DNA from: Eledone cirrhosa
Lineage: Eukaryota
Length of the DNA: 64,000 bases
Assembly (NCBI GenBank): GCA_964016885.1
Contig: OZ024755.1
Span: 7,564,001-7,628,000 of the forward strand
Direction: 5' to 3'
Under the pieces are notes generated by a model, which saw nothing but the letters and a program-made list of their open reading frames with translations, did no database searches and was not told the DNA's origin. The first letter of the stretch is position 1; each line of letters opens with the position of its first letter. The translations under genes were made by a program, and so were the position numbers. Of the stretch, positions 48,772 to 64,000 are shown in pieces.

Positions 48772-50272
48772 CTTTGAATAATAACTTTGAAATGTTTTGG
48801 CCAGTATTGGCCCAGGCCATGTCTAACTTAATAGCACCACCTGGCGAAGTCTTTCAATTCAGGATTTGGGCACCATGGCCCATTCGAGAAGAGAATTACT
48901 GTTTGCGGAGACATATCCGGGTGTGGGTGGTTTGTCCGGGATTACTTGGAGGAATTTGTCCAAAGACTTCTTGAATTTTGAGTGGTCAGTTTCTGTTTTG
49001 ACGTGTCCTGGTGTGATGTTGAAGAGAGCAGGGCCGATTGAGGTGAAATAATTGTGCCGTATTGTTGTTATGAGTTGCGATTTAGATTTTTGAATGGGAC
49101 GGATAGCACGGGGCCCAAGCCTTGGGTGTATCTTGAAGGCGATGCCAACATCATTTGGGCAGTGATGATGGAACATTTTCCACATCATGCAGATAATATA
49201 ACGCTCACGGCGACGTTGGAGTGAGTAAAGTTTCAGGTTTTCCAATCGAACCCAGTAGTCAAGGTCTGACATGCCATCTATCTTTTTCGTGATTGCCCTT
49301 TGAGGAGCTTCAAGTTTCATGATACTTTGTTTCGTGTGGGGAGACCACAGTGGACAACATAATTCAAGGTGTGGTCGGGCGAAAGTAGAGAAGAGAAGGA
49401 TAATGGTGCGGGAATCTCTCGACTGGAAGGTTCTGAGGATCCAGGAACACATTCTGCGGGCCATGTCAACTTTGCTGCTTATATGCGTGGTCCAGCTTAT
49501 GTTGCTGTCCACGGTTACTCCCAAGTCTCTGATGTTGTTAGATGCCACGAGAGTTTCCCCGGAGGGAAGGGAGTACGGGAGTTTCAGAGCATCCTCTTTT
49601 CCAAAGTGGATCAGTTCGAATTTGTCCTCGTTCAGTAACATGTTGTTCTTTTCTGCCCATTGGGTAACAGCCAGTAGGTCTGACTGAAGGCTTATCCGGT
49701 CATCCACGCCATTGATGACCTTTTGGAGCTTGGAATCATCAGCGAAAATTTTAATGTTGCTGTGTTTGATGATGTCAGTGATGTCATTAATATAGATGAT
49801 GAAGAGAAGTGGGCCCAACACAGTGCCTTGTGGGACTCCACTACTGACTTTGGCTGGGCTTGATTTGACTCCCTCAACTACAACATGTTGGGTTCTGTTT
49901 GACAGGAAGCTCTTGATCCACTGCAGCAGCTTTCCAGTGACACCAATATTGGACAGCTTTCTCAGTAGAATGTTATGATCAACCCTGTCAAAGGCCTTGC
50001 TGAAATCAAGGTAGATAACATCAGTGTTGGAACCCTCTCCCAAGGCTCTCAAAATGTCATCAAAGTGATGCAGTAGTTGCGTCAGGCAATCCCTTCCATT
50101 ACGGAATCCATGCTGGTTGGAGTTCAGCATATTGTTACTCTCAAGGAAGTGGGTCATTCGCGATCTCACCACTCGCTCAAATACCTTAATGATATGAGAG
50201 GTGAGTGAGATTGGACGGTAATTCACGGCAAGGGATTTGTTTCCCTTTTTGAAAACTGGGACAACAGACTGA
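48772..50272 (-). mobile_element. CR1-like LINE, 5'-truncated, uninterrupted reverse transcriptase frame
   Basis: [49 protein letters not shown]; stop at 48859; no genuine start codon. Confidence 0.95.
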
Positions 50273-50282
50273 TATATATACA

Positions 50283-50372
<90 letters not shown>

Positions 50373-50437
50373 TATATAAATATATATATATACATATATA
50401 TATACATATATATTTATATATATACATATATATATAC

Positions 50438-50597
<160 letters not shown>

Positions 50598-50644
50598 GTA
50601 TATATATATGTATATATGTATATATATATATATGTATATATATG

Positions 50645-50679
<35 letters not shown>

Positions 50680-50705
50680 GTATATATATATGTATATATA
50701 TATAT

Positions 50706-50774
50706 ACAGAATTAGCTGTCCAGAATTACCCGTCGAAACGACTTGAGCTCAGCCGTCGTGGTCCTACTCGTTCG
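50706..50774 (+). mobile_element. Partial hammerhead/pLTR island inside (TA)n
   Basis: GAAA-cgact tgagctc agccg-TC matches 26680-26720. Confidence 0.65.
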
Positions 50775-50776
50775 TA

Positions 50777-50830
<54 letters not shown>

Positions 50831-50914
50831 CATATATATATATACATATATACACTTATATATACATATATATATACATATATATATACATATATATACA
50901 TATATATATATATG

Positions 50915-51094
<180 letters not shown>

Positions 51095-51722
51095 GGGAAA
51101 TCAGGAAAAGCCTTCACTACCATAATTTCCCGTGTTCACAACTGTTCGTTACCAAAGGTTCTACTATAATATTACTTGGTTTTGCTGGTAATTTTTCTTC
51201 ACTTGTTCAAGGAATTTTAAATGTTTCCCTTTTTTACTTTTGTAAAATATCAAACGTAGTTATAGTTCGAGTATTGTGGGAATACATTGGAGTTATTGTA
51301 CTTTAAATTGTTTGTTATTGGAGTTATTGTACTTTAAATTGTTACTCTTTTATGATCATAGAGGTTGGTCAGGCAGCCGTTTATCCCATTTTCATGTGGC
51401 GTCAAGTTTCTGAAAGTATAAAACAGCAGTTTCCATTAAACCAAACATTAACACCCAACGCGGAAATAAGTATAACTGCTTTAAAGAATTTTAAGTTAGA
51501 TGCTCATGTTTCTTACAACACACATGATCATTTATGACCAATGCTAAGCACATCACTACTAATATGGACATTGCGATTCTGAAGGTTTGGAAACGTTAAT
51601 TCATACACATTTTGGATTTACAAACTAAGCATATACAATATATACATTATACATACATATATATAATATATCTACACCTACAAAAATATATGTATGTATA
51701 TACATGTGTACTTATATGTATG

Positions 51723-51754
<32 letters not shown>

Positions 51755-52261
51755 ATGTGTGTATATATATATATATGTGCGTGTGTGTATGTGCATGCAC
51801 AAATATATATATATATAAATATATATAAATATATATATATATATATTTATATACATATATATACATAGATGGTTCAGTAACATCTTTTTATATATATATA
51901 AATATATATATATAAATATATATAAATATATATATATATATATTTATATACATATATATACATAGATGGTTCAGTAACATCTTTTTATCGTTTTTTTTTT
52001 TCATAAGGAATTTTGAACATTAAAATGTCATGTAGAATCTAAAACAATAAACAAATTTTTGTCCTGTCAATATCCTTCATGTGAACGTTTATTGGTCTTC
52101 ATAAAAAACACAATTGGATGCGCTTTCGTTACAAGTCTGGATTTTTAATTTCAAAAGATTAATTTTCGCTGATGATTTTGCAATTTTGTATTTTGTTTTT
52201 TAATAATGGATGTCAACACTTCTTTATAGAAGACATTGTGACTTTTGTACTATGGGTGGAA

Positions 52262-52497
52262 CATTAATAAGTATACACTAATGATGAAGAACTCAGAACT
52301 GTACGGGAGCCTCCCAAAAGTCAGCTCGAAAGTGACTGAGGTTAGCTGGACATGCTCACCGACATCCAGAGTTGACACTGCACTCAGTACTCCTGTGTGA
52401 GCCACTGCATGGACACGATGGAAGAGGAAGACCGAGGTTAACATATGTTTATGCCCTAAGGCATCTCAGGAATTTTACCCGCCCTAGATAGATAGAT
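52262..52497 (+). mobile_element. Degenerate third copy of the (TAGA)n-tailed LINE 3' end
   Basis: Similar to the reverse complement of 44390-44710 with deletions; ends ggaattttacccgccctagatagatagat. Confidence 0.8.
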
Positions 52498-53081
52498 GTA
52501 ACTAATCATTTCACAATTATGCGTTATCATTTTACGCCCGTTTTCCAAAGCTTTTCACTGGCTTAAGTCAGAAACCCACCCCGCTTTCATGGACTTTAAG
52601 CAAAGAGTACAAGAGTACCCTCATCCTAAAGCAAGGACAGCCAACTCCCATTCCAAGGACGTTGTCGGACGATGTATGTGTTTGTATGAGAGTTTCAAAG
52701 TCTGTGGATTGTTGAAAATTATGTGTATGTGGATTGTTGAAAATTATCCTTTTTCAGAAATAAGATTGTGGCTATCATCATATAGTTTATTAAATATATT
52801 TTTTACACTTTTCTCTAAACAGTGTTTGTCTTTGTGTAAACTCATTTCAGTATTTTCATCAAATATCTCAAATTTTGATTCAGCGTCCATCATGCTGCTT
52901 CCTCTGATGTTTGTACCTCCCGCTGCCACTCAAATCAACATTTCCGTCTTCGTTAACAGATATTAAGAAGAAATTCTTCACACTCACCTTCTAAAATAAA
53001 AAAAAGACAGTCTTTACGTTTATAAGGGATATTGAGATGAATGTCCCGATGATATTAAGCCCAACGTTTGCGAAATAATCA

Positions 53082-53115
<34 letters not shown>

Positions 53116-53207
53116 TATTAAAAGTATAAAAAGAAATCTTGTTCATACAATTTGTTCGTCTGACAGGGAAAAAAGGATCAAAGATCAGAGGATATTTTTT
53201 TAATCAA

Positions 53208-53247
53208 TATCTATCTATATATATATATATTTACCTATCTATCTATT

Positions 53248-53281
<34 letters not shown>

Positions 53282-53295
53282 CCTACCTATCTATT

Positions 53296-53329
<34 letters not shown>

Positions 53330-53341
53330 CACCTATCTATC

Positions 53342-53402
<61 letters not shown>

Positions 53403-53415
53403 CTACCTATCTATT

Positions 53416-53451
<36 letters not shown>

Positions 53452-53511
53452 CACCTACCTATCTATTTCTCTCTCTCTCTCTCTATATATATATACACCT
53501 ATCTATCTATT

Positions 53512-53547
<36 letters not shown>

Positions 53548-53690
53548 CACCTATCTATCTATTTCTCTCTCTCTATATATATATATTATATACACCTATC
53601 TATCTATTTCTCTCTCTCTCTATATATATATATACACCTATCTATCTATTTCTCTCTCTATATATATATATATATACACCTATCTATCTA

Positions 53691-53724
<34 letters not shown>

Positions 53725-53775
53725 CACCTATCTATCTATTTCTCTCTCCCTCTCTCTCTCTATATATATATACAC

Positions 53776-53830
<55 letters not shown>
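53208..53830. repeat. Compound minisatellite cacctatctatctattt-(CT)n-(AT)n, about 14 units
   Basis: Directly visible. Confidence 0.9.
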
Positions 53831-53832
<2 letters not shown>

Positions 53833-54486
53833 TGTGTGTGTGTATCTGTGTGTGTTTGTGTGTGCGTGTATGTGTATTCATAGTTCTATTTTTTATCAAT
53901 TTGACTTCATCATTCAGATGATCCATCTAGTAAACCAAAAATTAAATCGGCCCCCATACACACACACAGCCCCAAACACACACATATATACAAATACATA
54001 TATAAATATAATGATTTCTTTAACAGCTTAAACCAGCATGAATAAAAATAATTTAAAAAACAACTACCACGAATATATAACAAATAACAATCTCATAAAA
54101 AAGAAAAAACCTCAATTTTTTACACCAGGTCTATAAATTCTTGAACCTGATAGAAAACACTTTAAAACTATTTCATAGATTTTCGTATAAAAGAGGTTTT
54201 GTTAATTTCTTTCATTTTGGTTTTATTTTGAGATTTTCTTATAATTTTTTTTCTATATTGATTCCACTTTATCTTTGGCTAACCTTTAACCAACGATATA
54301 TTATTATTGTATCTTGTTATATTCTACTTTGAATACCTTCGACAAGTTTTTTTATCTTGTGTGTTATATACAGATAGAGAAGTATGTGCTTTTCCTTTCA
54401 ACAAAACTATCAAGAAAGAAATATATTTCATTACTTACACTATTGCATTTTTGAAGAATATATTCATCACAAACACCCCTCCCCCC

Positions 54487-56086
<1,600 letters not shown>

Positions 56087-56321
56087 TCAATTATTTAATA
56101 GTACGTTTCTTACATTACGATATCTCAACATGGAAATTCATCTTTTAGTTTATCGAGCAAGAATTGTGTCTCCGTAGAAGAAATAATGCGAATATAATTA
56201 TATTGATGACCACTTCACTGAAGAACACTGGATAAGAAGCAGTTTGTAATCTATACAATGGGGTTTCGATCTCCGGTTAAAAATATGATCACTGAGATAA
56301 ATGTGTGTTTATTATGTATAA

Positions 56322-56532
56322 CCCTTTAGCATTTCAACCGGCCAGAATTCTCTAATCTCTTTATGTTCAAACCAGCAGTAACCAGCTCCTCATACTGGCG
56401 TTAAGGTATTGTTCTCTCAATAAATAATATCAAAATCTCATAGATTCGATACTAAGTGAGATATTTTGTAAGATTAAATCCTTTTTCCCAAAAATACAAT
56501 AGTATATATAGAGTAATGCAAATATTAAAGGG
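56322..56532. mobile_element. piggyBac-type MITE, degenerate
   Basis: CCCTTTAGCATTT...AAATATTAAAGGG termini; homologous to 62795-63029. Confidence 0.65.
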
Positions 56533-56695
56533 ATGAACATTTTGTACATAAGTTCAAATATCCCTTTATTTTGAAGCCTGCTGTATTAGTACTATCTTTC
56601 TGAAGTATTAGTATTAGCCAGAAAAGCTTGCAATATATGTCAAAAAAAGATTTCAAAATTATTTGTTTTCCAAATCTATGAAAGGTACGTAAGCG

Positions 56696-56731
56696 ACTGC
56701 TGACGAGGGAAATGAATTCTGAAATACAGCA
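56696..56731 (+). ncRNA. Degenerate minimal hammerhead motif
   Basis: ctg-CTGACGA(56700-56706)-gggaa atgaa ttct-GAAA(56721-56724)-TA-cag; stem III absent. Confidence 0.5.
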
Positions 56732-56904
56732 TTTTTACATCGTAAACTAAGTAGTTGTGATATGGTTACTACTGAACATGCTAAAAACGAGACTATATGT
56801 ATTATATATATATAAATATATTGTATATTGGTTCATATATACATTTACTTTGAATCACACTTAGTTACTGATATCAGTATTTAATATTATCCCTTCCATT
56901 TATG

Positions 56905-57045
56905 ATCTGAGTTCAAATATCGCCGAGGTTAGTTTTATCTTTCATCCTTACAGGGTTGATAAAATAAAGCACCAGTCATGCACTGGGGTCGATTTAAATC
57001 ACTTTCCCCTCCCCCCAGGCCTTGTGCCTATATAAGAAACCAATA
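56905..57045 (+). mobile_element. SINE family A; an inverted SINE family B remnant follows at 57120-57237
   Basis: ctgagttcaaat..gccgaggtt..tttcatccttacagggttgataaaataaagcaccagtcatgcactggggtcgat..ggccttgtgcct. Confidence 0.8.
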
Positions 57046-58487
57046 TTACCCCTTCCAATTTGCATTATATGCAAATACCTCTTCAACAAGAATAATTTAC
57101 TTACAACATCTATAAATCTACACAGCAATATGAAATAAAGTATCTTGCTAAAGGAGACAATGTGACACTAGGATTCGAACTCACGGCATTACGAACGTGA
57201 ACCAAACATTCCTTCCTACGAAGCTACACACCTTCACAGTGACATAATTGGATATGTTTTGACTTACATTGACAATATGTCAAGAAAATCTCAGGGAATG
57301 GCAGGTGGTTAGTTGGTGTTCATGCCTTCCCCAAGGGGATCAGATGACGTATGTGGAAGTGATTTCAAATAGAAATTGAAACCAGGCAACTGATTTGCTT
57401 GGGTGAGAATTTAGCACCCACGTTACGGTCTACAAACCTTGATGTTGTGTCTTTAATAGAAACTACGTATGGTGAATGCTTGCTAATAAATATCATTTTA
57501 CTGATAGGTTTTGTAGGGATGGTGGTAGAGAGAAGTCCCCTGAGAAGACACTAGGCCCAAACTGCACAATAATAAGACGTTATGATATAATAATAATAAT
57601 AACAGTAGTAGTAGTAGAAGTAGTAGTAGTAGTGGTGGTGGTGAAGTGGGAGCTGTAGTGGTGAAAACAAAATGAAAAAAATAAAGATGAAGGAAAACAA
57701 GAAAAGACAAAGACAAAAAAAAGACAACGGAGAAGAAGAAGAAAAGATGGCAAAGATTCTGTTAGCGTTGTCATGCTGCTGTTGCTGCTACTGATGATGA
57801 TGGTGGTGGTGGTGATGATGTCAAAGAAGAAAATATGAAGATAAAAAGTAATTAAAAAACAAAACAAAGAAAAACATGGGACGCTGGAGCGGAGATATAT
57901 AAGACTAGTAGAGAGATGGTGTTGGTATTGGTGGTGGCCGTGTTGATGGAGGGTCGAAATCTCGCGCCATTTGACGTTTAAAACCCAATTATAGAGAGAA
58001 TACATTCTGTGAATAAAAGAACTTGTAAAACAGAGACACTGGTAAAAATGGCAGCAGGTACAAGAACAAAAAAAAAAAATTAAAATGTAATAAAATAAAA
58101 TAAGTTAAAAACAAAACAAAACAAGACAAAGCAAAGAAAAAAATGATAAACAAAAAATATATATAGCATAATTCATTGAGAAGACGAAGCGAGATTTTAG
58201 CGAGTGAAGATGGTAAGCATCAGCCATGTTGAACATACGGTCGTCTGCTGTAGCCGGAAAGAAGAGGTAACCAAGCGTGAAAACTTAGCTTCTCCTCTAT
58301 CTGATGATCTTTACAAACTAATACTTCCTTCCTCACTACTGGTTTTCATTATCTATTTTCTTCCATTTATTATTGTTTGTGTTTTATTTTTGTGCTTGTG
58401 TGTTTTTTTTTTTTACCAAATCTTTTAAGACATAACTGTTCCCTCCATTTTCCCTTTTTTTACTCACTCAGCATCTCTCCTCTTCCT

Positions 58488-58945
58488 CACCACTATCACC
58501 ACCACCACCACCACCACTACCACCGCCACCACCATCATCACCACCACATTGTTTTCCATTTCCTCTTTTCAGCCATTTTGTTTCTGCACATCTTTCTTTT
58601 CTTTCATTTTACTCCTTTCTTTTTTTTTTCAGAATCCTCCTCCTCCTCCTCCTCCTCCTCCTCCTCCTCATCATCATCATCTTCTTCCTTCTCCTCCTCC
58701 TGTGTCTTCTTCTTCTTCTTCTCCTCCTCATCATCATCATCTCATCTTCTTCCTTCTTCTCTTGTCTTCTTCCTCATCATCATCATCTTCTCATCATCTT
58801 CTTATTCCTTCTTCTCCTCCTGTTTTCTTCTTCTTCCTCCTCCTCCTTGTCCTCCCTTTCCTCTCATCCTCCTCCTTGTCCTCCTCTTCTTCTTCTTGAC
58901 TCCTCCTCCCTATTCTTCTACTTCATCCTCTCCCCTTCATCATAA
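58488..58945. repeat. (CAC)n, (CCT)n, (CTT)n and (CAT)n pyrimidine-rich tract
   Basis: Directly visible. Confidence 0.9.
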
Positions 58946-59882
58946 TTTTCCTTGTCTTCGCTTTCTTTTTTCTTCATCTACCTCTTCACGTCTTTCTCTC
59001 TTCAAGATATTTGGAACATAGAGAGAAAATAAGACAATTCAGATGTGACGTTACCGAGTGGCAGATGGCACATCCACAAACCTTATCTACTGCTTCGTTG
59101 AATACTCTCTGGAACCAGCTTTTAATATTATTGTTGTTATTATTATCAGAAATCGTTATTATTATCAGTATTTTCATTGTTAGTTTTGCTGTTGTTGTTA
59201 TTGCTGTTGTTGTCTTCTATTGTATCTCTGTGAGTAACATACATCAATCTGTGAATATCGTTCTCTGAATTTAAGATGAAATTCCAGTTTTTTAACTATA
59301 AAGGCAGAAGAAAGTAAATCGTTTGCAGAGATTTAAGAGAAATGCGGTGAAAATCAAGACGATTTTATGTTTATTAAATTTGTAATGTATATTTGAATGT
59401 GTTTACACTAAAGTGTTTGTCTGTACATATATATGTGTGCAGGTTTTAGTGCGTAGGTACAAATTATTTGAAAGTATGTGTGTATATATCCGTGTGTGCA
59501 TGTGTGTGTGTCTTGGCGAGTGTTTCTGTGGTTTGAACAACGAAACAATATATTCATAAAGATAACATGCAAGCAGTTGAGCATTCCATAGACACTTAAA
59601 AACTTAATACAGCTCTCAGGAAGATTCAGCAAGACATACACAGTGACAAGGCTGCAACATGTCACCAGTAATTGAACTCGGGACATTACAATCGTGAGGT
59701 AAATACACATAAGTATGTACATCGAACCATCTATTCGTCCATCCACGCATACATACATATATATATATATCTAAGCAGAAGGGATATTTAATTTGTTGGT
59801 AATTCAACTATCCAGGGATAACTTGAACCGTTAAGGTATATTCTCCTAGGTTATGTCAAAATTTATAAAATACACTTTGTAT

Positions 59883-59943
59883 TTTATCTGATGATAGCGT
59901 ACCAAAATGTTTGGTACCTTTGAAATATATATAATAGAATAAA
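59883..59943 (+). ncRNA. Minimal type I hammerhead ribozyme motif
   Basis: tat-CTGATGA(59888-59894)-tagc-gtaccaaa atg tttggtac-cttt-GAAA(59922-59925)-palindrome TATATA-TA-ata-g-AATAAA; same layout as 7081. Confidence 0.7.
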
Positions 59944-60011
59944 TATGGTTTTATAAATATAATTTCCATTTATTTAATATCGTTGTGTGTGTATATATAT
60001 ATATATAACAA

Positions 60012-60174
60012 AAAAAGTGTGGTAAGGAACCAAGTGGATCATAACGCACCAGAGTACTAGATACTTAGGGTAGTAGAGTGGGTAATAGGGAAAGAGTCAG
60101 GACACCGACGGCTGATCTCCGGCCGTTTCGACAGCTAGATCCCAGCAGTATTAGGGCGGCAGGGACCTAGCAGA

Positions 60175-60178
<4 letters not shown>
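60012..60178 (-). mobile_element. Penelope-like pLTR fragment with partial hammerhead, flanked by TA
   Basis: Minus strand gctaggtccc..gggatctagc-tgtc-GAAA-cggc..gccg-TC, then sequence matching 26705-26795. Confidence 0.7.
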
Positions 60179-60218
<40 letters not shown>

Positions 60219-60789
60219 CATACATACATAGTTCTTACCAAATATATATAATCTTAACTTCGTTGAACTCTTAATCCTTCAGACACTAAGGTAAACATTA
60301 TTATTTCTACAATAGTTTGTATTTAGTCTACACCCCTCTGGAGTACCCCATACACATATTGCCTTGTAAAAGTTCATGACAAACCCCATCACTCGTCCCT
60401 AGTACAGTGATCTCTTAACTAGATTCATAGGAACTCGAAGGGTTAACTAGAATTGTGGGTATTCGTACAAAAAGGGGGTTTCCTACAGGGTGTGTCAGTA
60501 AGGGCCTTCATAGCTTTCTTCATGATATTCTACTTTAATGTTCTTTAAATTTCTCTTTTAAACACCTTATATTTCTTCCTCTACTCGCAAGTTATATATC
60601 ACTTGCTATTATAATTATTATTCTTATGGTTCTCTTTGCTAAAACAACACAAACACCAAATATAAATGACTGTTTTAATTTATGTGTTTCACGTATGGTT
60701 GTGAGCTCCACTTTGGAAGGTCATATTTAAAGAGATATTAACCTGACCTGCCATTTTCATATTTCCCGTCAAGCTCTGTTGAGTTCAGC

Positions 60790-61012
60790 CTATGCTAGAG
60801 AAACTACAAAATCCATTGTCCTGACATATGACATGTTAATATGTTCCATTGAAACAAAGCAGATCCAATTCCCCAGTTCATTGACTTTGATGATTGTATA
60901 TGGAATGCTTCCTAAATCAACGATGTTACTCGACGCAAGTGGATTGGTTTGTGGCGATGATGAATGAAGATGAGTTTCCCGAGAAAATACAGAAAGTATT
61001 AAAAGTCCATAG
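60790..61012 (-). CDS. Candidate terminal exon, unknown protein (YGLLILSVFSRETHL...TMDFVVSLA*)
   Basis: Acceptor ttatttcag| at 61013, 73 open codons in non-repetitive sequence, TAG at 60790; the opposite strand is also open. Confidence 0.3.
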
Positions 61013-61099
61013 CTGAAATAACTCCAGAAAAATAAATAACCGCACGGTGTAGAATATTGTTTTAATTAGAGTTGTTGATTTTCAGTATATGCCGTAGTA

Positions 61100-61529
61100 G
61101 AGGGTGGTGGATTAGTAAAATTGATAGAGCGCCCGTCAGAATGCCATTGTGTTGTTTCTTTTAGCTACTTCTATTCTCAATACAAATCCCATCAAGGTCA
61201 ACTCTGAGTTTAATCCTTCCGGGTATGATAAAATAAAATACCAGTCAAGTGCTGGGGTTGATCTAATCAATTTCGCCCTTCTCCACAAATTTTTTCTAGC
61301 CTTCTACCAAAATTAGAAATTAATACATACCGAACAGGAGTCTATTGGATTGGCAGAGTTGGTTGAGCGCCCGATAAAATGCCATTGTGGCAATTTTCTG
61401 AATCATTACGTGTCAAGTTCAAATACTGCAGAGATCAACTTTGCCTTTCATCCTGAATTAAAAAAATAAAGTAAGAGTTAAGTTCTGGGGTTGACTTAAT
61501 CAACTTTGCCCTTACTCCAAATGTTCTGG

Positions 61530-61530
<1 letters not shown>
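61100..61530 (+). mobile_element. Two tandem SINE family A copies (61100-61320 and 61345-61530)
   Basis: Each has gagcgcccg..aatgccattgtg, caactyt..tcct and aagt.ctggggttga. Confidence 0.75.
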
Positions 61531-61565
<35 letters not shown>

Positions 61566-61718
61566 ATTAGGTATCGAGAGAGAGAAGAGAATGGAAAGAT
61601 GGTCGATATATATATTTAGTTGCCAATAGTTTATGCATGTGTACTCAATACTTGTGCCTACAGGGTTAAATATTAGAGGCGTCAATATTTAGTGGCGAGA
61701 AAAAATAAGCAGCCCGAT

Positions 61719-61841
61719 TATAAAAGAAATGAATACAAAGAGTTTAAAACCGTTAAAACATGTTTATATAATTATATAAATTATACAATTATATAAACAT
61801 GTTTTAACGGTTTTAAACTCTTTGTATTCATTTCTTTTATA
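61719..61841. repeat. Near-perfect palindrome with arms of about 55 bp
   Basis: ataaaagaaatgaatacaaagagtttaaaaccgttaaaacatgtttatataatt mirrored after a short spacer. Confidence 0.9.
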
Positions 61842-62076
61842 TATATATATGTGTGTGTGTGTGAGTGTGTGTGTGAAGGGGGTGGTTGTATCGTACTGGC
61901 TGTGTGATTAAAGTGTTCATTTCTCAACAAGACCTGTGGGTTTAATTTTCTACTCGCAGTGTGTAACATATTGGGTCAGTTTATTTTACTATAGTCTCGG
62001 GTTGATCAATGCCTTGCAAGTTAAATTTGGTAGACAGAAGCAGCTCACTAATCCCATTAGCTGGTTATTCCGTTAT

Positions 62077-62241
62077 TCAAACAACAGGAATACTCATCAT
62101 TGGAGCCGACGGAGATCCAATACAGGCAGCAATTATAATGGTTTTGTTCTTGTTGTTTAATTCTACGTTGGTATCAGAGAGTTGTGATTCCTTTGTGGTT
62201 TCAACAACTGAAATAAAGAAGAAAATGGCTGCATTTGATGT
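62077..62241 (-). CDS. Candidate exon or pseudo-exon (VETTKESQLSDTNVELNNKNKTIIIAACIGS...)
   Basis: Acceptor-like sites at 62242 and 62208; juxtamembrane/TM-like peptide ending at TGA; plus-strand frame also open, so the strand is uncertain. Confidence 0.25.
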   Translation of the reverse strand, partial: TSNAAIFFFISVVETTKESQLSDTNVELNNKNKTIIIAACIGSPSAPMMSIPVV

Positions 62242-62324
62242 CTGGAAACAAATTGAAGAGATGTAAAATAACGGATTGTACCAAAGAACATCAAAGGTGA
62301 CTGGTGCGTGTATATTAGGGAAGG

Positions 62325-62705
62325 GGTTGTATGGATAGTATAGATAGTGTATATAGTATATATAGTATCAATGGTATGTATGGTGTTGATAGTGTTGATG
62401 GTATAGACATTGTTGATGTTACACATGGTATAGATGTTCTTGATGAAGTTGATAGTATGATGGTATAGATAATATAGATATTAAAGATGGTTTAAATTAC
62501 ATGTATTCTGTTGGTGGTAGGATGGTATAAGACAGTGTTGACGTTATACATAATATAGATGTTCTCGATGGTATGATGGTATAATGATATTGATGATATA
62601 GTTGTTAATGGTATACACGGTACGAATGGTATTGATTGTATTGACACTGTTGATGGTGTAATGGTATTGATGGTATATGTGCTATAGTTGGTTTTGTTGA
62701 TATAG
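62325..62705. repeat. Degenerate 9-bp (GATGGTATA) tandem repeat
   Basis: Directly visible. Confidence 0.75.
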
Positions 62706-62794
62706 ATAATTATTTTAAAGCTATACCAAAGAACAAGTACTGCCAAGATATTTATGGCTGAAACTCTACATTTTGTATCGAGCTCTGTATTTAA

Positions 62795-63029
62795 CCCTTT
62801 ACCATTTAAACCGGTTGTATCCGGCCAGAATTCTCTCACCTCTTTCTCTTCATTCAAACCGGCCATAACTGGCCACTTATACCGATGTTAAGTTATTGTT
62901 CCCAAATAAATACTATCAAAATCTCATAGATTCAATATTATGTGAGGTAATTATGTGATGTAAAGCCTGACTGTGAAAATACAATAGTAAATACAATAGT
63001 AAATACAGAGTAATGTAAATGCTAAAGGG
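62795..63029. mobile_element. piggyBac-type MITE
   Basis: TTAA-CCCTTTACCATTT...AAATGCTAAAGGG-TAA; second copy at 56322. Confidence 0.7.
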
Positions 63030-63347
63030 TAATAGGTCACACTCACCTATAATATTCTGTTCTGAATTTTATTTCCATTTTGGCGTGATTTATCCCCCCC
63101 ACCTTCAGTGACGCCAAGATATTTATAAGTCTTCTTTTATGGAAATTCATGTTCAGGTCTACATTTTGTTATTTGGGTTACTACAGATGCTTTCCCAGAA
63201 CGTATGTATTTCTTTCATTGAGGGTGGCATTTTTATTTCTAATTCCTGTTTTCCTGTTTCTATTTTGCTATCTGTTTCAAATAATAATAATATCGATAAC
63301 AATAATTATTATATGTATGTATATATGTATATATATATACACACCTA

Positions 63348-63730
<383 letters not shown>

Positions 63731-63876
63731 CTAACACACACGCAATCTCATCTTACACATAAACACATGATGCAATGATAAGGTACAAGATATCGTTGAT
63801 AGTTGCAAATGGCTGCGATGGCGATTATTTTCGTGATGGCGGCGGGGATCATGTAGACTGATATATTTTGGTTAAA

Positions 63877-63907
<31 letters not shown>

Positions 63908-64000
63908 CATAAACCACCCGAAACCACACAAAACTAAAACAAACAAAATAGATACGGTGAACATCAAACCCCCTGTAATTGCTGCTGGAATCCATAAAAT

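Noticed and set aside
58377-59268. Poly-H/S/P and hydrophobic ORFs
   Set aside because: Derived from trinucleotide and T-rich low-complexity sequence, with no coherent splice structure

Overview
AT-rich eukaryotic genomic DNA, most likely a coleoid cephalopod (Octopus-like; inferred from repeat families and extreme microsatellite load, not confirmed by search). A large part of the window is (TA)n, (CA)n or (CT)n microsatellite, and nearly all long ORFs in the supplied track are translations of these repeats. The unique sequence contains: (i) a candidate 3-exon plus-strand gene (4571-4672, 9125-9241, 27059-27187; both introns phase 0; 115 aa ending in a class I PDZ-ligand-like ITSV); (ii) weaker candidate minus-strand exons near 60.8-62.2 kb; (iii) fragments of RTE, CR1-like and CRE-like non-LTR retrotransposons, two SINE families, and Tc1/mariner- and piggyBac-type MITEs. 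The most striking unannotated signal is about 15 complete or partial type I hammerhead ribozyme motifs of the minimal Penelope-like-element kind. Many have palindromic stem III, four carry a CCGANGA core variant, and several sit in inverted repeats or as islands inside TA arrays. The TA arrays repeatedly host retroelement insertions, including a twin-priming inversion and an endonuclease-only fragment. All calls were made by eye, without database searches or folding software.
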